From Ostreococcus lucimarinus (taxonomy: Eukaryota), in the NCBI GenBank assembly GCA_000092065.1, contig CP000597.1: a stretch of DNA of 64,000 nucleotides; one strand, 5' to 3'. A model generated the notes under the pieces. The model had not been told where the DNA came from, searched no databases, and was given only the letters and a program-made list of their open reading frames with translations. Position numbers and translations under genes: made by a program. This document shows, piece by piece, positions 28,016 through 37,660 of this stretch (position 1 is the first letter of the stretch; each line of letters starts with the position of its first letter).

Positions 28016-28301
28016 GTGCGTCGACGCCTCGCGCGCGGTTCGTCGACGCGTTTCGTTTGGCTCGTCGCGCGCGCGCCCGGCTTACCAGCTCCACGTTCCG
28101 AACCGAATGAACCGCGAGTTAAACGGCCGGGCAACATCGACGTCGATCATCAGAAGCTCGCTCGTCCTTTTCCGTGGGTGAATGAGTTCATGAGGTCGCG
28201 ACATTCCATCTTTGACGCGCTCGGCGCGACGCGCTCGGCGCGACGAATTTCTTCGAGCCGACGCGCGCGAACGAATTACTGACGCGCGCTTTCACTCGCA
28301 G

Positions 28302-28958
28302 GCGCTTTGGGCGGCGAGAATAGTCGAAGCGTCGAAATCGTTCGCGAAGAAGTGCGTGGTTCGCGCGTACGCGAATAAGACGACGCTCTCCGCGCCGCGA
28401 TTGCGCGAACGGTTGACGCGCGCCGGCGTCGACATCGTGGAAGTGAGCGACGTCTCGCAGGCGGCGGATGAGAGGTTAATGAGCGACGTATACGTTCGCG
28501 CGCGAGACGCGAATGACGCCGGCGTGGCGAACGAGCTCGCGACGATGGTGATGACGTGCGACGCGCGATTGTCGATTTGCGTAGAACAGAGCCGCGTTCG
28601 CGGGTTGCTCACTATCGCTCTCTCGGATTATCTGCGAACGTGGCGCTCGAGACCAGAGTTCAGACACTTGTTTCAAAAGTTTGCCAAAGTCCACGCGTTG
28701 TATGACGCCAGCTCCTACGAGCGCGCTTTGCAGACGATCGCGCGGAACGGGAAGATGTTCTCACAGAGCAAACTCGCCAAATCCGCCGACGTCGCCCTGG
28801 TGTGGGATCCACGTCGCGTCATGACAGTGACGCCCGCCGAACTCAAGGTCCACAACCGAGTGCACGAGCGCGGCGACGACGATTTCGGTTCCCCCGTGGC
28901 GGCGCCCGGCGGCGTCGTCGGCACCCTTCTCGACGGCGCCATCGTGGTTTGGGCGTAA
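28302..28958 (+). CDS. NYN/LabA-like domain protein, exon 2 (acceptor CGCAG|GCG at 28300-28301), joined in phase 0 to exon 1.
   Basis: Continues ALWAARIVEASKSFAKKCVVRAYANKTTLSAPRLRERLTRAGVDIVEVSDVSQAADERLMSDV, the NYN-domain core. The spliced product is collinear with NYN domains (VFWDxENcxVPxG...RAYxN...AGVxLxxV...KNAADxxL). Confidence 0.55.
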   Translation, partial: ALWAARIVEASKSFAKKCVVRAYANKTTLSAPRLRERLTRAGVDIVEVSDVSQAADERLMSDVYVRARDANDAGVANELATMVMTCDARLSICVEQSRVRGLLTIALSDYLRTWRSRPEFRHLFQKFAKVHALYDASSYERALQTIARNGKMFSQSKLAKSADVALVWDPRRVMTVTPAELKVHNRVHERGDDDFGSPVAAPGGVVGTLLDGAIVVWA

Positions 28959-29172
28959 CGCGCGACGAATCGAGCGTCGCTTCGGCAACGACCGCGCGCG
29001 CAAAAACGAAACATTCATTCATTCGCTCACCGATTGTTCGATTCTTCTGTATGCTGCCATGTATTCATTTGTTTGTATTGCTAAAAGTACGAAATGTAAA
29101 ATGTATAAACGCGCGACCTCGCGTCGACGAAACCGCGTCCCTCGCGCGTCCCACCCGCGTCCCTCGCGTCCC

Positions 29173-29658
29173 TCAATTCAACGTGTACAACCCGATCGCC
29201 GGTCCGATGAACCTGAACACCACCCAAAAAAATGCCAATCCTCCCGCGCCGTACAGCGACGCTTGATTCATCCAGTACATCCATCCTTTCTCTCCCGTCC
29301 ACACCGTCCACGCGCGTTCGCCCGCGGGCGTCTCTTCCCACGCCGCCGGGTCCGCCTCCCACATCGCGTACTGCCCGTTCGCTCCCGCGCGCACGCGATT
29401 CTTCTTCGCCGCGGTGTCCAGGTACCCGAACGCGGGATTCGCGCCTCGCGCGCGCGCGTCGCGCGCGTCCGCCGTCGTTTTCGCGTTCGCGCGCTTCGGT
29501 TTCAGTCTCGCCTCGAGGGCTTCGATCGAGTCTCGGTCGTCGCTCGACGCGCGGACGCGCGCGCGGGACGCGCGCGCGGACGCGCGAGACTCTTTACGCG
29601 CGCGGGGACGCGCGAGCGCGGCGCGCGGCGCGGACGGCGCGATGGAGGACGGCGACAT
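29173..29658 (-). CDS. Small hypothetical protein with a transit-peptide-like N-terminus and a C-terminal Trp-rich hydrophobic hairpin. Start trimmed to the ATG at 29658 to remove overlap with the upstream gene's 3' end.
   Basis: MSPSSIAPSAPRAALARPRARKESRASARASRARVRASS presequence-like. C-terminus WTVWTGEKGWMYWMNQASLYGAGGLAFFWVVFRFIGPAIGLY. Confidence 0.35.
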   Translation of the reverse strand: MSPSSIAPSAPRAALARPRARKESRASARASRARVRASSDDRDSIEALEARLKPKRANAKTTADARDARARGANPAFGYLDTAAKKNRVRAGANGQYAMWEADPAAWEETPAGERAWTVWTGEKGWMYWMNQASLYGAGGLAFFWVVFRFIGPAIGLYTLN

Positions 29659-29720
29659 GTCGCGGCGAGGCGATAAGTGCGGGGTCGGGCGGAACGCGAG
29701 ACGCGAATACGAATACAAAG

Positions 29721-31862
29721 TCACGAAGACGGCGCGAGCGCGGCGCTGAGCTCGCGCTCGCGAGCGACGGCGTCGCGAAGCTCCTTGACGAGGGCGACGT
29801 ATTGACGCTGAAGACGGACGGCGTCGTCGTGACGCGCGCGACATTCGGCCTCGGCGTCGCGCTCGGATTTGAGCTTGGCGTCGACGAGCTTGATGTTCGC
29901 CGTGACGCCGTCCTGAATCGCGGCTAGGGCGGTGACGAGGGACGATTTCCCGGATAACGTCTCCAACGCCGGCGCGACTTGCTGCTGGACGGAGTTCAGG
30001 AGGGAGATTTCTTTTCGAAGATACTTTTTCGTGTCGGCGAGGACGTTGTACGCGGCAAAGTACTTGCGCGTTTCCTTGAGCTTGGCCTGCACGGTGTCGT
30101 AGAGCTCTTCGAAGCGACGTTCGTATTGAATCAACTCCGGACGCGTTGGGATGTCCTCGAGCTTGCGCCGCAGGAGCGCCACCGCGCGCGAGCGTTTGTT
30201 CAGCATCGCGCGTTCGCCTTCAAATTTTTCCCGTTCGCGGCGGTGCGTCGCGTCCACTTCTTCAATCTGCGCGCGCTCTTCCTCGGTGAGCGTGTGCTCG
30301 CCGCCGCGTTCGATTTCGTCTTTAAGCTCGAGCATGCGCTTTTTACACTCGGCTTTGAACTCTTTTTCGTCCGCCTTGGTGCTCGACGCTCTCTTTATCA
30401 GCGCCATGACGCGCTCGACGGATGCGCGTTGCCCGGGATCGGCGACGGATTCCATGAGACTTTTAGTCTCCGTCTCGCACTTGTCGTTGTACGCCGTCAC
30501 CTTTTCTAACTCTTCCAGCGCGGCGACGACCTCGGCTTGCGCGGCTTCGGCGCGTTGACGCGCCTCGCTCGCCGCCGCGGTCTCCGCCGCGAGCTTGCGC
30601 TCCATGGCGGCGATTTTCCGCTCCACCGCGAGCATCTTCCCCACCGTCCCACCGATCGCGATCTCCCCCCCGAACTTCTCCGCCGCCGCTAAAATTTCCT
30701 CGCCACCGCGCGCGCCTAAAATCGCGCGCGCGACGGCGCTCGAAAGCGTATCCTCGCCGTCCGCGACGGCGAGTTCGGATTCCAAATCCCGCAACGCGTT
30801 CAATTCGCTCACCGCCGCCTCGTCCTCCTCCTCGTCGTCCTCGTCCCCCCCCGCCCCCCCCGCTCCCGGCGCGACGACGAGCGCGCTCACCTTGCTCACC
30901 AACGACGCCGCGCCCTCTCGCCCGCCCTCTCCCGCCTCGCTCGCCCGCGTCGCTCCCGCCGCCTTACCCGCCCGCGTCCTCCGCCTCCATCGAGTCGCCG
31001 CCAACACCGCCGTCGCCGCGCTCGCGAACGCCTCCAACCCCGCGAGTTTATGCCCGTACTCCATCATCACCGATTTCGCCCACCGCGACGCGTTCTCTCG
31101 CGGCGGTTCCTTCCCCGCCGCGCGCTTGTACCGCCGTCTCGCGCCGTACTCTTCGCGCAGCGCGCGTCTCGCTCTCGCCGCCCGCTCGCGCGTCCGCGCC
31201 GTCCCCAGCGCCTCCCGTCCGCACGTTCGTTTGTACGCATACATCGCCCGCGCTCTCGCGTCCCGTTTTCGCCGCTCGCGCGTCTCCAACACCCGCGTTA
31301 TCAACCACCGCGCCGTCGGCAGCAGCGCGTCCGCGTCCAGTCCCCCGATCTGGTGCGCCCTGAGCGCGCCCGGCGCGCCCATGTCCCGCAGCGCGCGCTC
31401 GATCGCCTCGCACGCGCGCAATCGCTCGCCCATCGTCGCGTACAGCGCGTCGGCGTCGACGTCGTCCAGCGCGCCGTCCGCCGCGCGCACCGCCCACGCG
31501 AGCGCGCCGAGCACGCGGTCGAACGGCGCGAGCGACGCGAAGCGCGCGCGGTGGCACCCGGCGGCGACGAACAGGTCGGTGATCTCGTCGACGCGGCTCG
31601 CGTCCGTCGCGCGCGACGCCGCGATCGCGTCGTCGACCGTCATCGTTTTAATTTTAATGTAATTCGCATCCGATTCGCGCCGCGCCGCACTGTGACGCGC
31701 CTCGCGATGCGCGACGTCGCGATGCGCCCGCGCGCGATCGCCAAGGCGGTCTCGCACGCGCTCGCGCACCCGACGCGCGAGTGCGCGGGCGCGCTGCTCG
31801 TCGACGCGCGCGCGATGGACGACGACGCGCGCGCGGTCGTCGACGCGCAACCGCTGTTCCAC
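29721..31862 (-). CDS. Long coiled-coil protein (possibly CCDC93/CCDC22-like); function not established.
   Basis: About 450 aa of heptad-like E/K/R/A/L-rich sequence (EKVTAYNDKCETETKSLMESV...EEERAQIEEVDATHRREREKFEGERAMLNKRSRAVALLRRKLEDIPTRPELIQYERRFEELYDTVQAKLKETRKYF). The N-terminal globular part, with AHQIGGLDADALLPTARWLI, is reminiscent of the CCDC93 N-terminal domain. Confidence 0.45.
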   Translation of the reverse strand: MEQRLRVDDRARVVVHRARVDEQRARALARRVRERVRDRLGDRARAHRDVAHREARHSAARRESDANYIKIKTMTVDDAIAASRATDASRVDEITDLFVAAGCHRARFASLAPFDRVLGALAWAVRAADGALDDVDADALYATMGERLRACEAIERALRDMGAPGALRAHQIGGLDADALLPTARWLITRVLETRERRKRDARARAMYAYKRTCGREALGTARTRERAARARRALREEYGARRRYKRAAGKEPPRENASRWAKSVMMEYGHKLAGLEAFASAATAVLAATRWRRRTRAGKAAGATRASEAGEGGREGAASLVSKVSALVVAPGAGGAGGDEDDEEEDEAAVSELNALRDLESELAVADGEDTLSSAVARAILGARGGEEILAAAEKFGGEIAIGGTVGKMLAVERKIAAMERKLAAETAAASEARQRAEAAQAEVVAALEELEKVTAYNDKCETETKSLMESVADPGQRASVERVMALIKRASSTKADEKEFKAECKKRMLELKDEIERGGEHTLTEEERAQIEEVDATHRREREKFEGERAMLNKRSRAVALLRRKLEDIPTRPELIQYERRFEELYDTVQAKLKETRKYFAAYNVLADTKKYLRKEISLLNSVQQQVAPALETLSGKSSLVTALAAIQDGVTANIKLVDAKLKSERDAEAECRARHDDAVRLQRQYVALVKELRDAVARERELSAALAPSS

Positions 31863-32417
31863 GGCGACCGCGCCGCGACGGCGTACGAGGAGATCGCGCT
31901 GGAACAGACGGCGCGGTGCGCGGCGACGCGCGGACGCGTCGTCGTCGGGACGTATCGCGCGCGCGCGCGACGAGGCGACAACGAGGACGCGACGACGAGC
32001 GCGACGAGCGAGGCGAGGCTGGACGCGATCGAACGCGCGCTGAAGCGCGCGCGCGGCGAGAACGGCGGAAACGGAAGGCGCGCGAATGCGTTCGAGGTGA
32101 CGCTGGACGCGGCGGGATTGGTGCGGTTGGGGACGGCGCGCGAGACGCGCGAGGGCGGCGACGCGACGACGTTCGGCGTCGTCGAACGCGACGACGACGG
32201 CGCGTGGAGACGGTCGTCGACGACGCGCGCGGTGGTGCGCGATGAAGATTTAGGCGTCGTGCGCGAGCTCGTGCGACGGACGCTGGACGACGCGGACCCG
32301 GACGCGTTGGCGGCGCGCGACTTCGACGACCACTTCGACGACGCGCGCGTCGACTGGACCAACGCCGCGTTCGATCGCGCCGTCGACGCGGCGCTGAACC
32401 GCGCGATAAATTCATGA
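31707..32417 (+). CDS. EMC8: ER membrane protein complex subunit 8/9 homologue (UPF0172 / MPN-like).
   Basis: Matches EMC8 family blocks: AIAKAVSHALAHPTRECAGALLVDAR ([25 protein letters not shown]), VDAQPLFHG (VDCIPLFHG) and C-terminal FDDHFDDARVDWTNAAF (FDNHLDDIRNDWTN). Confidence 0.7.
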   Translation: MRDVAMRPRAIAKAVSHALAHPTRECAGALLVDARAMDDDARAVVDAQPLFHGDRAATAYEEIALEQTARCAATRGRVVVGTYRARARRGDNEDATTSATSEARLDAIERALKRARGENGGNGRRANAFEVTLDAAGLVRLGTARETREGGDATTFGVVERDDDGAWRRSSTTRAVVRDEDLGVVRELVRRTLDDADPDALAARDFDDHFDDARVDWTNAAFDRAVDAALNRAINS

Positions 32418-32562
32418 ATTCTTTGTTTTGTTTTTACACGTCGTCTCGTCTCGTCGACCTCGTCGCGTCTCGCGTCTCGCGTCTGCGCGCGTCGCCCGAG
32501 CCGCGCCGCTTTATCCTCGCCCTCGCGAGATCGCCGTCTTCGTCGCCGCTATCGCTCGTCCG

Positions 32563-32832
32563 CTAGTGATGTCCGCCCCGACGCTCGGCCATCATGTGTC
32601 TGTACTCCGTGGGCCACACCGTGACGTAGGCGACGCCGAAGACGCCGCCCATGAAGTGCCAGAGCGGCGCCGCGGATCCGGTTTGAATGTACTTTGCGTT
32701 GTACTCCCTCGCGAACGTCGCCGCGCGGCCGGCGTAGTCGTACTCGCGCGCGGTCTTCACGACGAACTCGGGGAGCTCCTTGAGCTTGAGCGCGCCGACG
32801 CGGGCGAAGAACGTGCGCGGAGGCGCGCTCAT
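32563..32832 (-). CDS. Small protein resembling mitochondrial F1Fo-ATP synthase subunit f (ATP5MF-like).
   Basis: KLKELPEFVVKTAREYDYAGRAATFAREYNAKYIQ...HFMGGVFGVAYVTVW parallels human ATP5MF (KLGELPSWILMRDFSPSGIFGAFQRGYYRYYNKYIN...ITMVLACYVLFSY). Single C-terminal TM helix. Confidence 0.45.
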   Translation of the reverse strand: MSAPPRTFFARVGALKLKELPEFVVKTAREYDYAGRAATFAREYNAKYIQTGSAAPLWHFMGGVFGVAYVTVWPTEYRHMMAERRGGHH

Positions 32833-33008
32833 GATGGACGCGGCGGCGTGTGAGGGCGCGGCGACGGGACGGGACGCGCGAGACGCGAGACGCGAGACGG
32901 AGACGCGAGACGGAGACGCGAGACGCTTCGATCGTTCGGGTGAGATTGATTCCTTAAAAGTCGCGCGATGCGCGCGATGCGCGGAGTGCTAAGCGCGCGG
33001 CGCGTCGA

Positions 33009-34505
33009 TTACGCCGATTTGGGCTTGGACGAGCGCCTCGGCGCGAAGACGGCGCCGAAGACGAGCAAGACGGCGATGCCGACGTGGCCGAAGTAGTGCA
33101 TCGATGACCACGATTGTATGCATTGCTTCAAATCGACCAAGATGAAAGCGGCGCACATGTAGTTGAGCGCGACGTGCGTAAACGCCCAGAGAGGGACGTC
33201 GACGAGGACGCGATACTTCTCCGGCACGCGCGTTTGCTTCCATCGGTACATCAAACGACCGGCGTTGACGGCGAACGCGGAGGAGACGAAGAACAGCCAA
33301 TAACCGGCGTGCAGTCCGTGCCACACGCCCGAGACGATTTGCGTGATCAAAATCTGCAACAAACCGGGCTTCTTACCCTTGGGCGTCACCCGATCGTACA
33401 CGTAGTGGCGCAACCACAATCCAGTTTTCACGTTCCACGACAACGGAATGGCGTTCAACGTCACCGACTTCTCCACGCCGATCGGGTATATATTTGCTGC
33501 CGTGTCCCAACGCGCCTTACCCATGGCGTCGTACCCGCTAAAGCCAAGTCCCGAGACGGTGGCGGCGAAATCCGCCATCATCCACACGAAGTAATACTTG
33601 GCGCGATTACCTTGACCGTACACGTACACGTGCCAAATGCGCTCGGCGAGCGAGTACTGCGCCCAGCTCGGGTTCAAGTACGTATTTTCTATCGTATACC
33701 TCATCGCGACCGCCTGGTAGATCCCCAAGCACGCGATCGCGCCGAGAAGCTTGCGCGTCGCCGGCGCGACGCGATTCGGCGTCCCTCGCGCGTACACCCC
33801 TCGATCGCGCAACCAATCCGAGTAATCCCTAAACTCGATCGCCGGCCCGCTCACGAGCGTGCACGGAAACATCAACCAGCTCGCGTAATCCAGCGCGCTC
33901 GGCAACCGCTTCAGATGCCGTCGATTTTGAAACTCGCTCATCTCGCTCGCCTTCGTCGTCGCCGCGTCTTGATAATTCAACGCGCACGCCGTCACCTTCA
34001 GCACCAGCACCATCAACAGCCCGCTGATGTCCACCTCACCGCTCTTCCACGCCGTCGCCGTGTCCGCGACGAAGTGATACCGCATCAGATACGCGAACGA
34101 CCCCGCGAAGACGACGTATCCGCACCGCCGCCGCGTCGCCAGCATCGTCGCGTACGCGCACGCCCCGAAGTGCGCGCACACCACCGTCGCGCGCCCGAAC
34201 GCCGCCGCGCTCAGCATCGTCCCCGTCACCAGCGCGTACGCCGACCTCGCGCGCGCGCGCGCGTCGTCGCGCTCGACGCCCGCGACGCGAAGCGCGCGAT
34301 CGAGCGCCGGGAACCCGAGCCCGATCGCCGGCGCGAGCGCGAGCGCGAGCAGAAACCGCGTCGATCCGCGCGGCATCGCGATCGCGACCGACGTCGCGCG
34401 CACGACGTCGTCCCACGCCGCGACGACGCCGTCGAGCATGGCGCGCGCGTCGCGCCCTCGCGCGTCGGTCGTCGAGTGCGGATAAGGCGTCCCGCTCGAC
34501 GGCAC
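33009..34505 (-). CDS. MBOAT-family membrane-bound O-acyltransferase (lysophospholipid acyltransferase-like).
   Basis: Multi-pass hydrophobic protein with the MBOAT signature region WNVKTGLWLRHYVYDRV...QILITQIVSGVWHGLHAGYWLFF (conserved His within WHG). Confidence 0.7.
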   Translation of the reverse strand: MPSSGTPYPHSTTDARGRDARAMLDGVVAAWDDVVRATSVAIAMPRGSTRFLLALALAPAIGLGFPALDRALRVAGVERDDARARARSAYALVTGTMLSAAAFGRATVVCAHFGACAYATMLATRRRCGYVVFAGSFAYLMRYHFVADTATAWKSGEVDISGLLMVLVLKVTACALNYQDAATTKASEMSEFQNRRHLKRLPSALDYASWLMFPCTLVSGPAIEFRDYSDWLRDRGVYARGTPNRVAPATRKLLGAIACLGIYQAVAMRYTIENTYLNPSWAQYSLAERIWHVYVYGQGNRAKYYFVWMMADFAATVSGLGFSGYDAMGKARWDTAANIYPIGVEKSVTLNAIPLSWNVKTGLWLRHYVYDRVTPKGKKPGLLQILITQIVSGVWHGLHAGYWLFFVSSAFAVNAGRLMYRWKQTRVPEKYRVLVDVPLWAFTHVALNYMCAAFILVDLKQCIQSWSSMHYFGHVGIAVLLVFGAVFAPRRSSKPKSA

Positions 34506-34516
34506 TTCGCGACGCC

Positions 34517-35098
34517 ATGCGCGTCGCGCGCGTCGCGCGCGCGCTCGCGCGACCGCGACGCGACGACGGACGACGCGCTCGACGCGCGCCGCGACGCGCG
34601 ACGGCGACGCGCGCGTTCTTCGGACAAAAAAAGGATAAGACGGCGCGCGACGCCATCGACCTGTCGAAGCGCCGCCTCGCCGAGGACTTGGACGACCGCG
34701 GCGACGTCGTGACGGTCACCTTCCTCGGCGCCGGCGGCTCGCGCGTCGACGTCGAGTGCGGATCGAATCAGTACATCCTCGACGCCGGCCTCGAGGCGGG
34801 GATCGAGATTCCGTTCACGTGCCGCGGAGGCATCTGCGGCGCGTGCGTGGCGCGCTGCGCGTCGGGCGACGTCGATCAGAGCGACATCGCCGACCTCGAG
34901 TTCACGCTCGGCGAGGACGAGATCGAGGCGGGGATGGTGTTGCTGTGCATGGCGCGACCGGTCGGGGACGTGGAGATCGAGACGCAGAGCGATTGGGGGT
35001 ACTCGCTCGGGACGACGGAATGGGCGGGCGCGACGGGGGAGATTTTGGGTCGCGACCCCACGCCGCTGATGGGCGACACCGATCGCGTCGGATTGTAA
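34517..35098 (+). CDS. Plant-type [2Fe-2S] ferredoxin with an R/A-rich N-terminal presequence (likely plastid-targeted).
   Basis: VTFLGAGGSRVDVECGSNQYILDAGLEAGIEIPFTCRGGICGACVARCASGDVDQSDIADLEFTLGEDEIEAGMVLLCMARPVGDVEIETQSD. This is the CxxxxCxxC...C cluster-binding pattern and is collinear with plant-type Fd (YILDAAEEAG...PYSCRAGxCSxCAGK...[26 protein letters not shown]). Confidence 0.8.
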   Translation: MRVARVARALARPRRDDGRRARRAPRRATATRAFFGQKKDKTARDAIDLSKRRLAEDLDDRGDVVTVTFLGAGGSRVDVECGSNQYILDAGLEAGIEIPFTCRGGICGACVARCASGDVDQSDIADLEFTLGEDEIEAGMVLLCMARPVGDVEIETQSDWGYSLGTTEWAGATGEILGRDPTPLMGDTDRVGL

Positions 35099-36552
35099 GA
35101 CTCGAGCCGCGCGCGGCGTTTCGATCGTTAAACCATCGCTCGCGTTCGTCGTTTTCGCGCTCTCGCGCGTCGTTCGCGCGTCGCGTCGCGCGTCGTCGTC
35201 GGTCGAACGCGACGGCGGGCGCGATTTTGAATCGACGGTGCCCGGATCGCGGACGGGGCGCGCGCGCGCGCGTCGACGTCCGCGTCGTCGCGATCGCGCG
35301 CGCCGTCGATCGACGCCGTCGCGATCGCGCGCGACGCGCGCGCGCTCGCGGTCGCGCGCGCGCCGCGCGACCGCGAACCCGTAACACGAAATCCGTCGTC
35401 GCGCGCGCGTCGCGCGAAGGAAATTTCCTCGACACTGTTTACCACGCGTCTCGACCGCCCTCGCGGTCGCGTCGCGCGCGCGCGCGTTCGCGCGCGATGC
35501 GCCGATGATGGCGCTGTTCGCGCGCGCAATACGCGCGCGCGATCGCGACGCGCGACCCACGGACGCGGCGGCGACCGGCCGGTGCCGCGACGGTGCTGGA
35601 TCCCTAAACCCTAATACACGCCCGCGGGCGACCGCGGGCGACGACGGAGGCGCGAAGTCGGTTCGACCACGACCACGAGCGGGTTTCGCGGGACGTTTAC
35701 CGCCGTCGAATCGCGCGCGGAGCGCGCGCCGGGCGGCGCTCCGCGGACAAACGTCCGACGTCGCCGCGTCGCGTCCGGGGCGTCGCGCGACGCGAGGCGA
35801 AGCGAGCGCCGCGCGCGCCGCGCGTCGAGACGACGCGCGCGCGACGCGACCGACTCACCGAACACAGTCGCGAGGGCCGAGGTGCGCGAACGATCGCGCA
35901 TTGAAATCGTCGACGGGGCGTCGCGATCGTCGCGCGCTCGAACCGCGCTCGAACCGCGTCGCGAACGCGCGCGAGACGACGGACGCGCGAGACGAATCGT
36001 CGCGCGGACGCGCGCGCGTCCCGATCCCGAGTTCCCGCGGCGCGACGAACGATCGCGACGATCGAACGTCGTCGCACGACGCGGTGCGCCGTTCGGGACG
36101 TCGCGCGACGCCTACGATCGCTCGCGCGTCGCGACCGTCGCCCTCGCGCGCGCGCGCGTCCGACCCGAATCGTCACCCGTGACGACGACACGTTTCGCCG
36201 CGCGTCTCGGTCGCTCGACCGCGTCGGCGCGCGCACGGCGCGCGCGCGGACGCCGAACGCCCCGCGGCGTTCGTCTCGTCGAGCCGCCGAATCGCGCGCG
36301 GCGTCACCGGTCGGTCGCGCGCGGCGAACGCGGCACGCGCGGTCGAGTTCCAGCGCGACGACGCGACGCGCGCGGTCGCGGGACCGCGTCCGCGACGACG
36401 GGGCGGCGCGAGCCGCCTCGTGACGTCGAACGCTGCTTATTTTTTGTCTTCGCGTCGTCGCGCTCTTCGCGCGCGCGCGGCTTCGCGCGCCGCGCGACGA
36501 CGCGAGGGCCGAATCGTCGCCGCCGAATCGTCACGTCGACGCGCGCCGAGCG

Positions 36553-37488
36553 ATGGCCGCGCGCGTCGCGCGACCGGCGCTCGCGGCGCTCGCGCGCGAC
36601 GCGCGAAGACGCGCGAAGGCGCGCGCGCCGCGCGCCGCGTCCTCGTCGTCGCCCGCGACGACGCTGTCCGTCGTCTCGTGGAACGTCAACGGGCTGCGGT
36701 CGTTGCTCAAAAAGGCGCCGCGCGCGCTCGATGAGCTCGCGCGACGCACCGACGCCGACGTGCTGGTGCTGCAAGAGACAAAACTCGGCGCGGATGGACG
36801 CGGCGCGGTGGACGGCGAGGGAGAGGCGCCGAAGTTTTTGCGCGAGTACGGGACGCGCGAGTACGCGACGTCCACCGCGCGCAAGGGGTATTCGGGCACG
36901 GCGATGTTCATCCGAGACGGCGATTGGGCGAAGATGAAACGCGTCGAGGCGACGCGGTTGAGCGCTGGCGGGTTTGACGACGAGGGACGCGTGCTGACGG
37001 CGGAGTTGGATTCGTGTTTCGTCGTCAACGCGTACGTGCCGAACTCGGGCGCGGATTTAAAGCGTTTGCCCGAGCGCGTGGAGGTTTGGGAACGCGCGAT
37101 TCGCGAGCACGTGCGCGCGTTGGAATCGCGAGGTAAAGCGGTGATTTATTGCGGTGACTTGAACGTCGCGCACGAAGAAATCGATTTATGGGGTAGGCAC
37201 GCCGAAAACAGCAAATCCGCGGGATTTACGCCCGAGGAACGCGCGGCGATGACGCGGCTGCTCGAAGAGTGCGATTTGGTCGACACATTTCGCGCGCATC
37301 GACCCGACGCGCGTGCGTTTACGTATTGGAGCTATCGCGCCGGCGCGCGCGAAAAAAATCGCGGTTGGCGTCTCGATTACATTCTCGCGAGTCGGCGCCT
37401 GGCGGACTCCATCGTCGACGCGTACGCGCTGCCCGACGTGCTCGGCAGCGACCACTGCCCCGTCGGTCTGCGCGTCGCGCTGCCCTGA
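36553..37488 (+). CDS. AP endonuclease / exodeoxyribonuclease III family (Xth/APE1-like).
   Basis: LSVVSWNVNGLRS...DVLVLQETKL...GYSGTAMFIRD...NAYVPNSG...VIYCGDLNVAHEEIDLWG...GFTPEERAAMTRLL...DTFRAHRPD...FTYWSYR...GWRLDYILAS...SDHCPV: all catalytic blocks of the EEP/Xth family in order. Confidence 0.85.
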   Translation: MAARVARPALAALARDARRRAKARAPRAASSSSPATTLSVVSWNVNGLRSLLKKAPRALDELARRTDADVLVLQETKLGADGRGAVDGEGEAPKFLREYGTREYATSTARKGYSGTAMFIRDGDWAKMKRVEATRLSAGGFDDEGRVLTAELDSCFVVNAYVPNSGADLKRLPERVEVWERAIREHVRALESRGKAVIYCGDLNVAHEEIDLWGRHAENSKSAGFTPEERAAMTRLLEECDLVDTFRAHRPDARAFTYWSYRAGAREKNRGWRLDYILASRRLADSIVDAYALPDVLGSDHCPVGLRVALP

Positions 37489-37660
37489 CGCCACCGTCTT
37501 AGCGATTAACACCATTAGATGTCCCAATTCCACTAGATGTCCCAAACACCGCGAGCACTTCGACGTCGCGCCTTCTACGACGTCGCGCGCCGCCGCCCGA
37601 TTCACGCGAACCCACCAGAGCGCGCCGCCCGCACACCTCGTCGCGCGCCGCGCGGTCGCG

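Noticed and set aside
31048-32415. Minus-strand ORFs 31640..32362 and 31654..32415, and plus ORF 31781..32245, over the EMC8 locus.
   Set aside because: Antisense or alternate frames of the EMC8-like gene, whose product aligns block-by-block with EMC8/9. The translations are R/S/A-rich.
34036-35560. Minus-strand ORFs 34036..34719 and 34226..35560, antisense to the MBOAT 5' end and ferredoxin gene.
   Set aside because: Arg-rich nonsense opposite a well-supported ferredoxin CDS; a GC-bias artefact.
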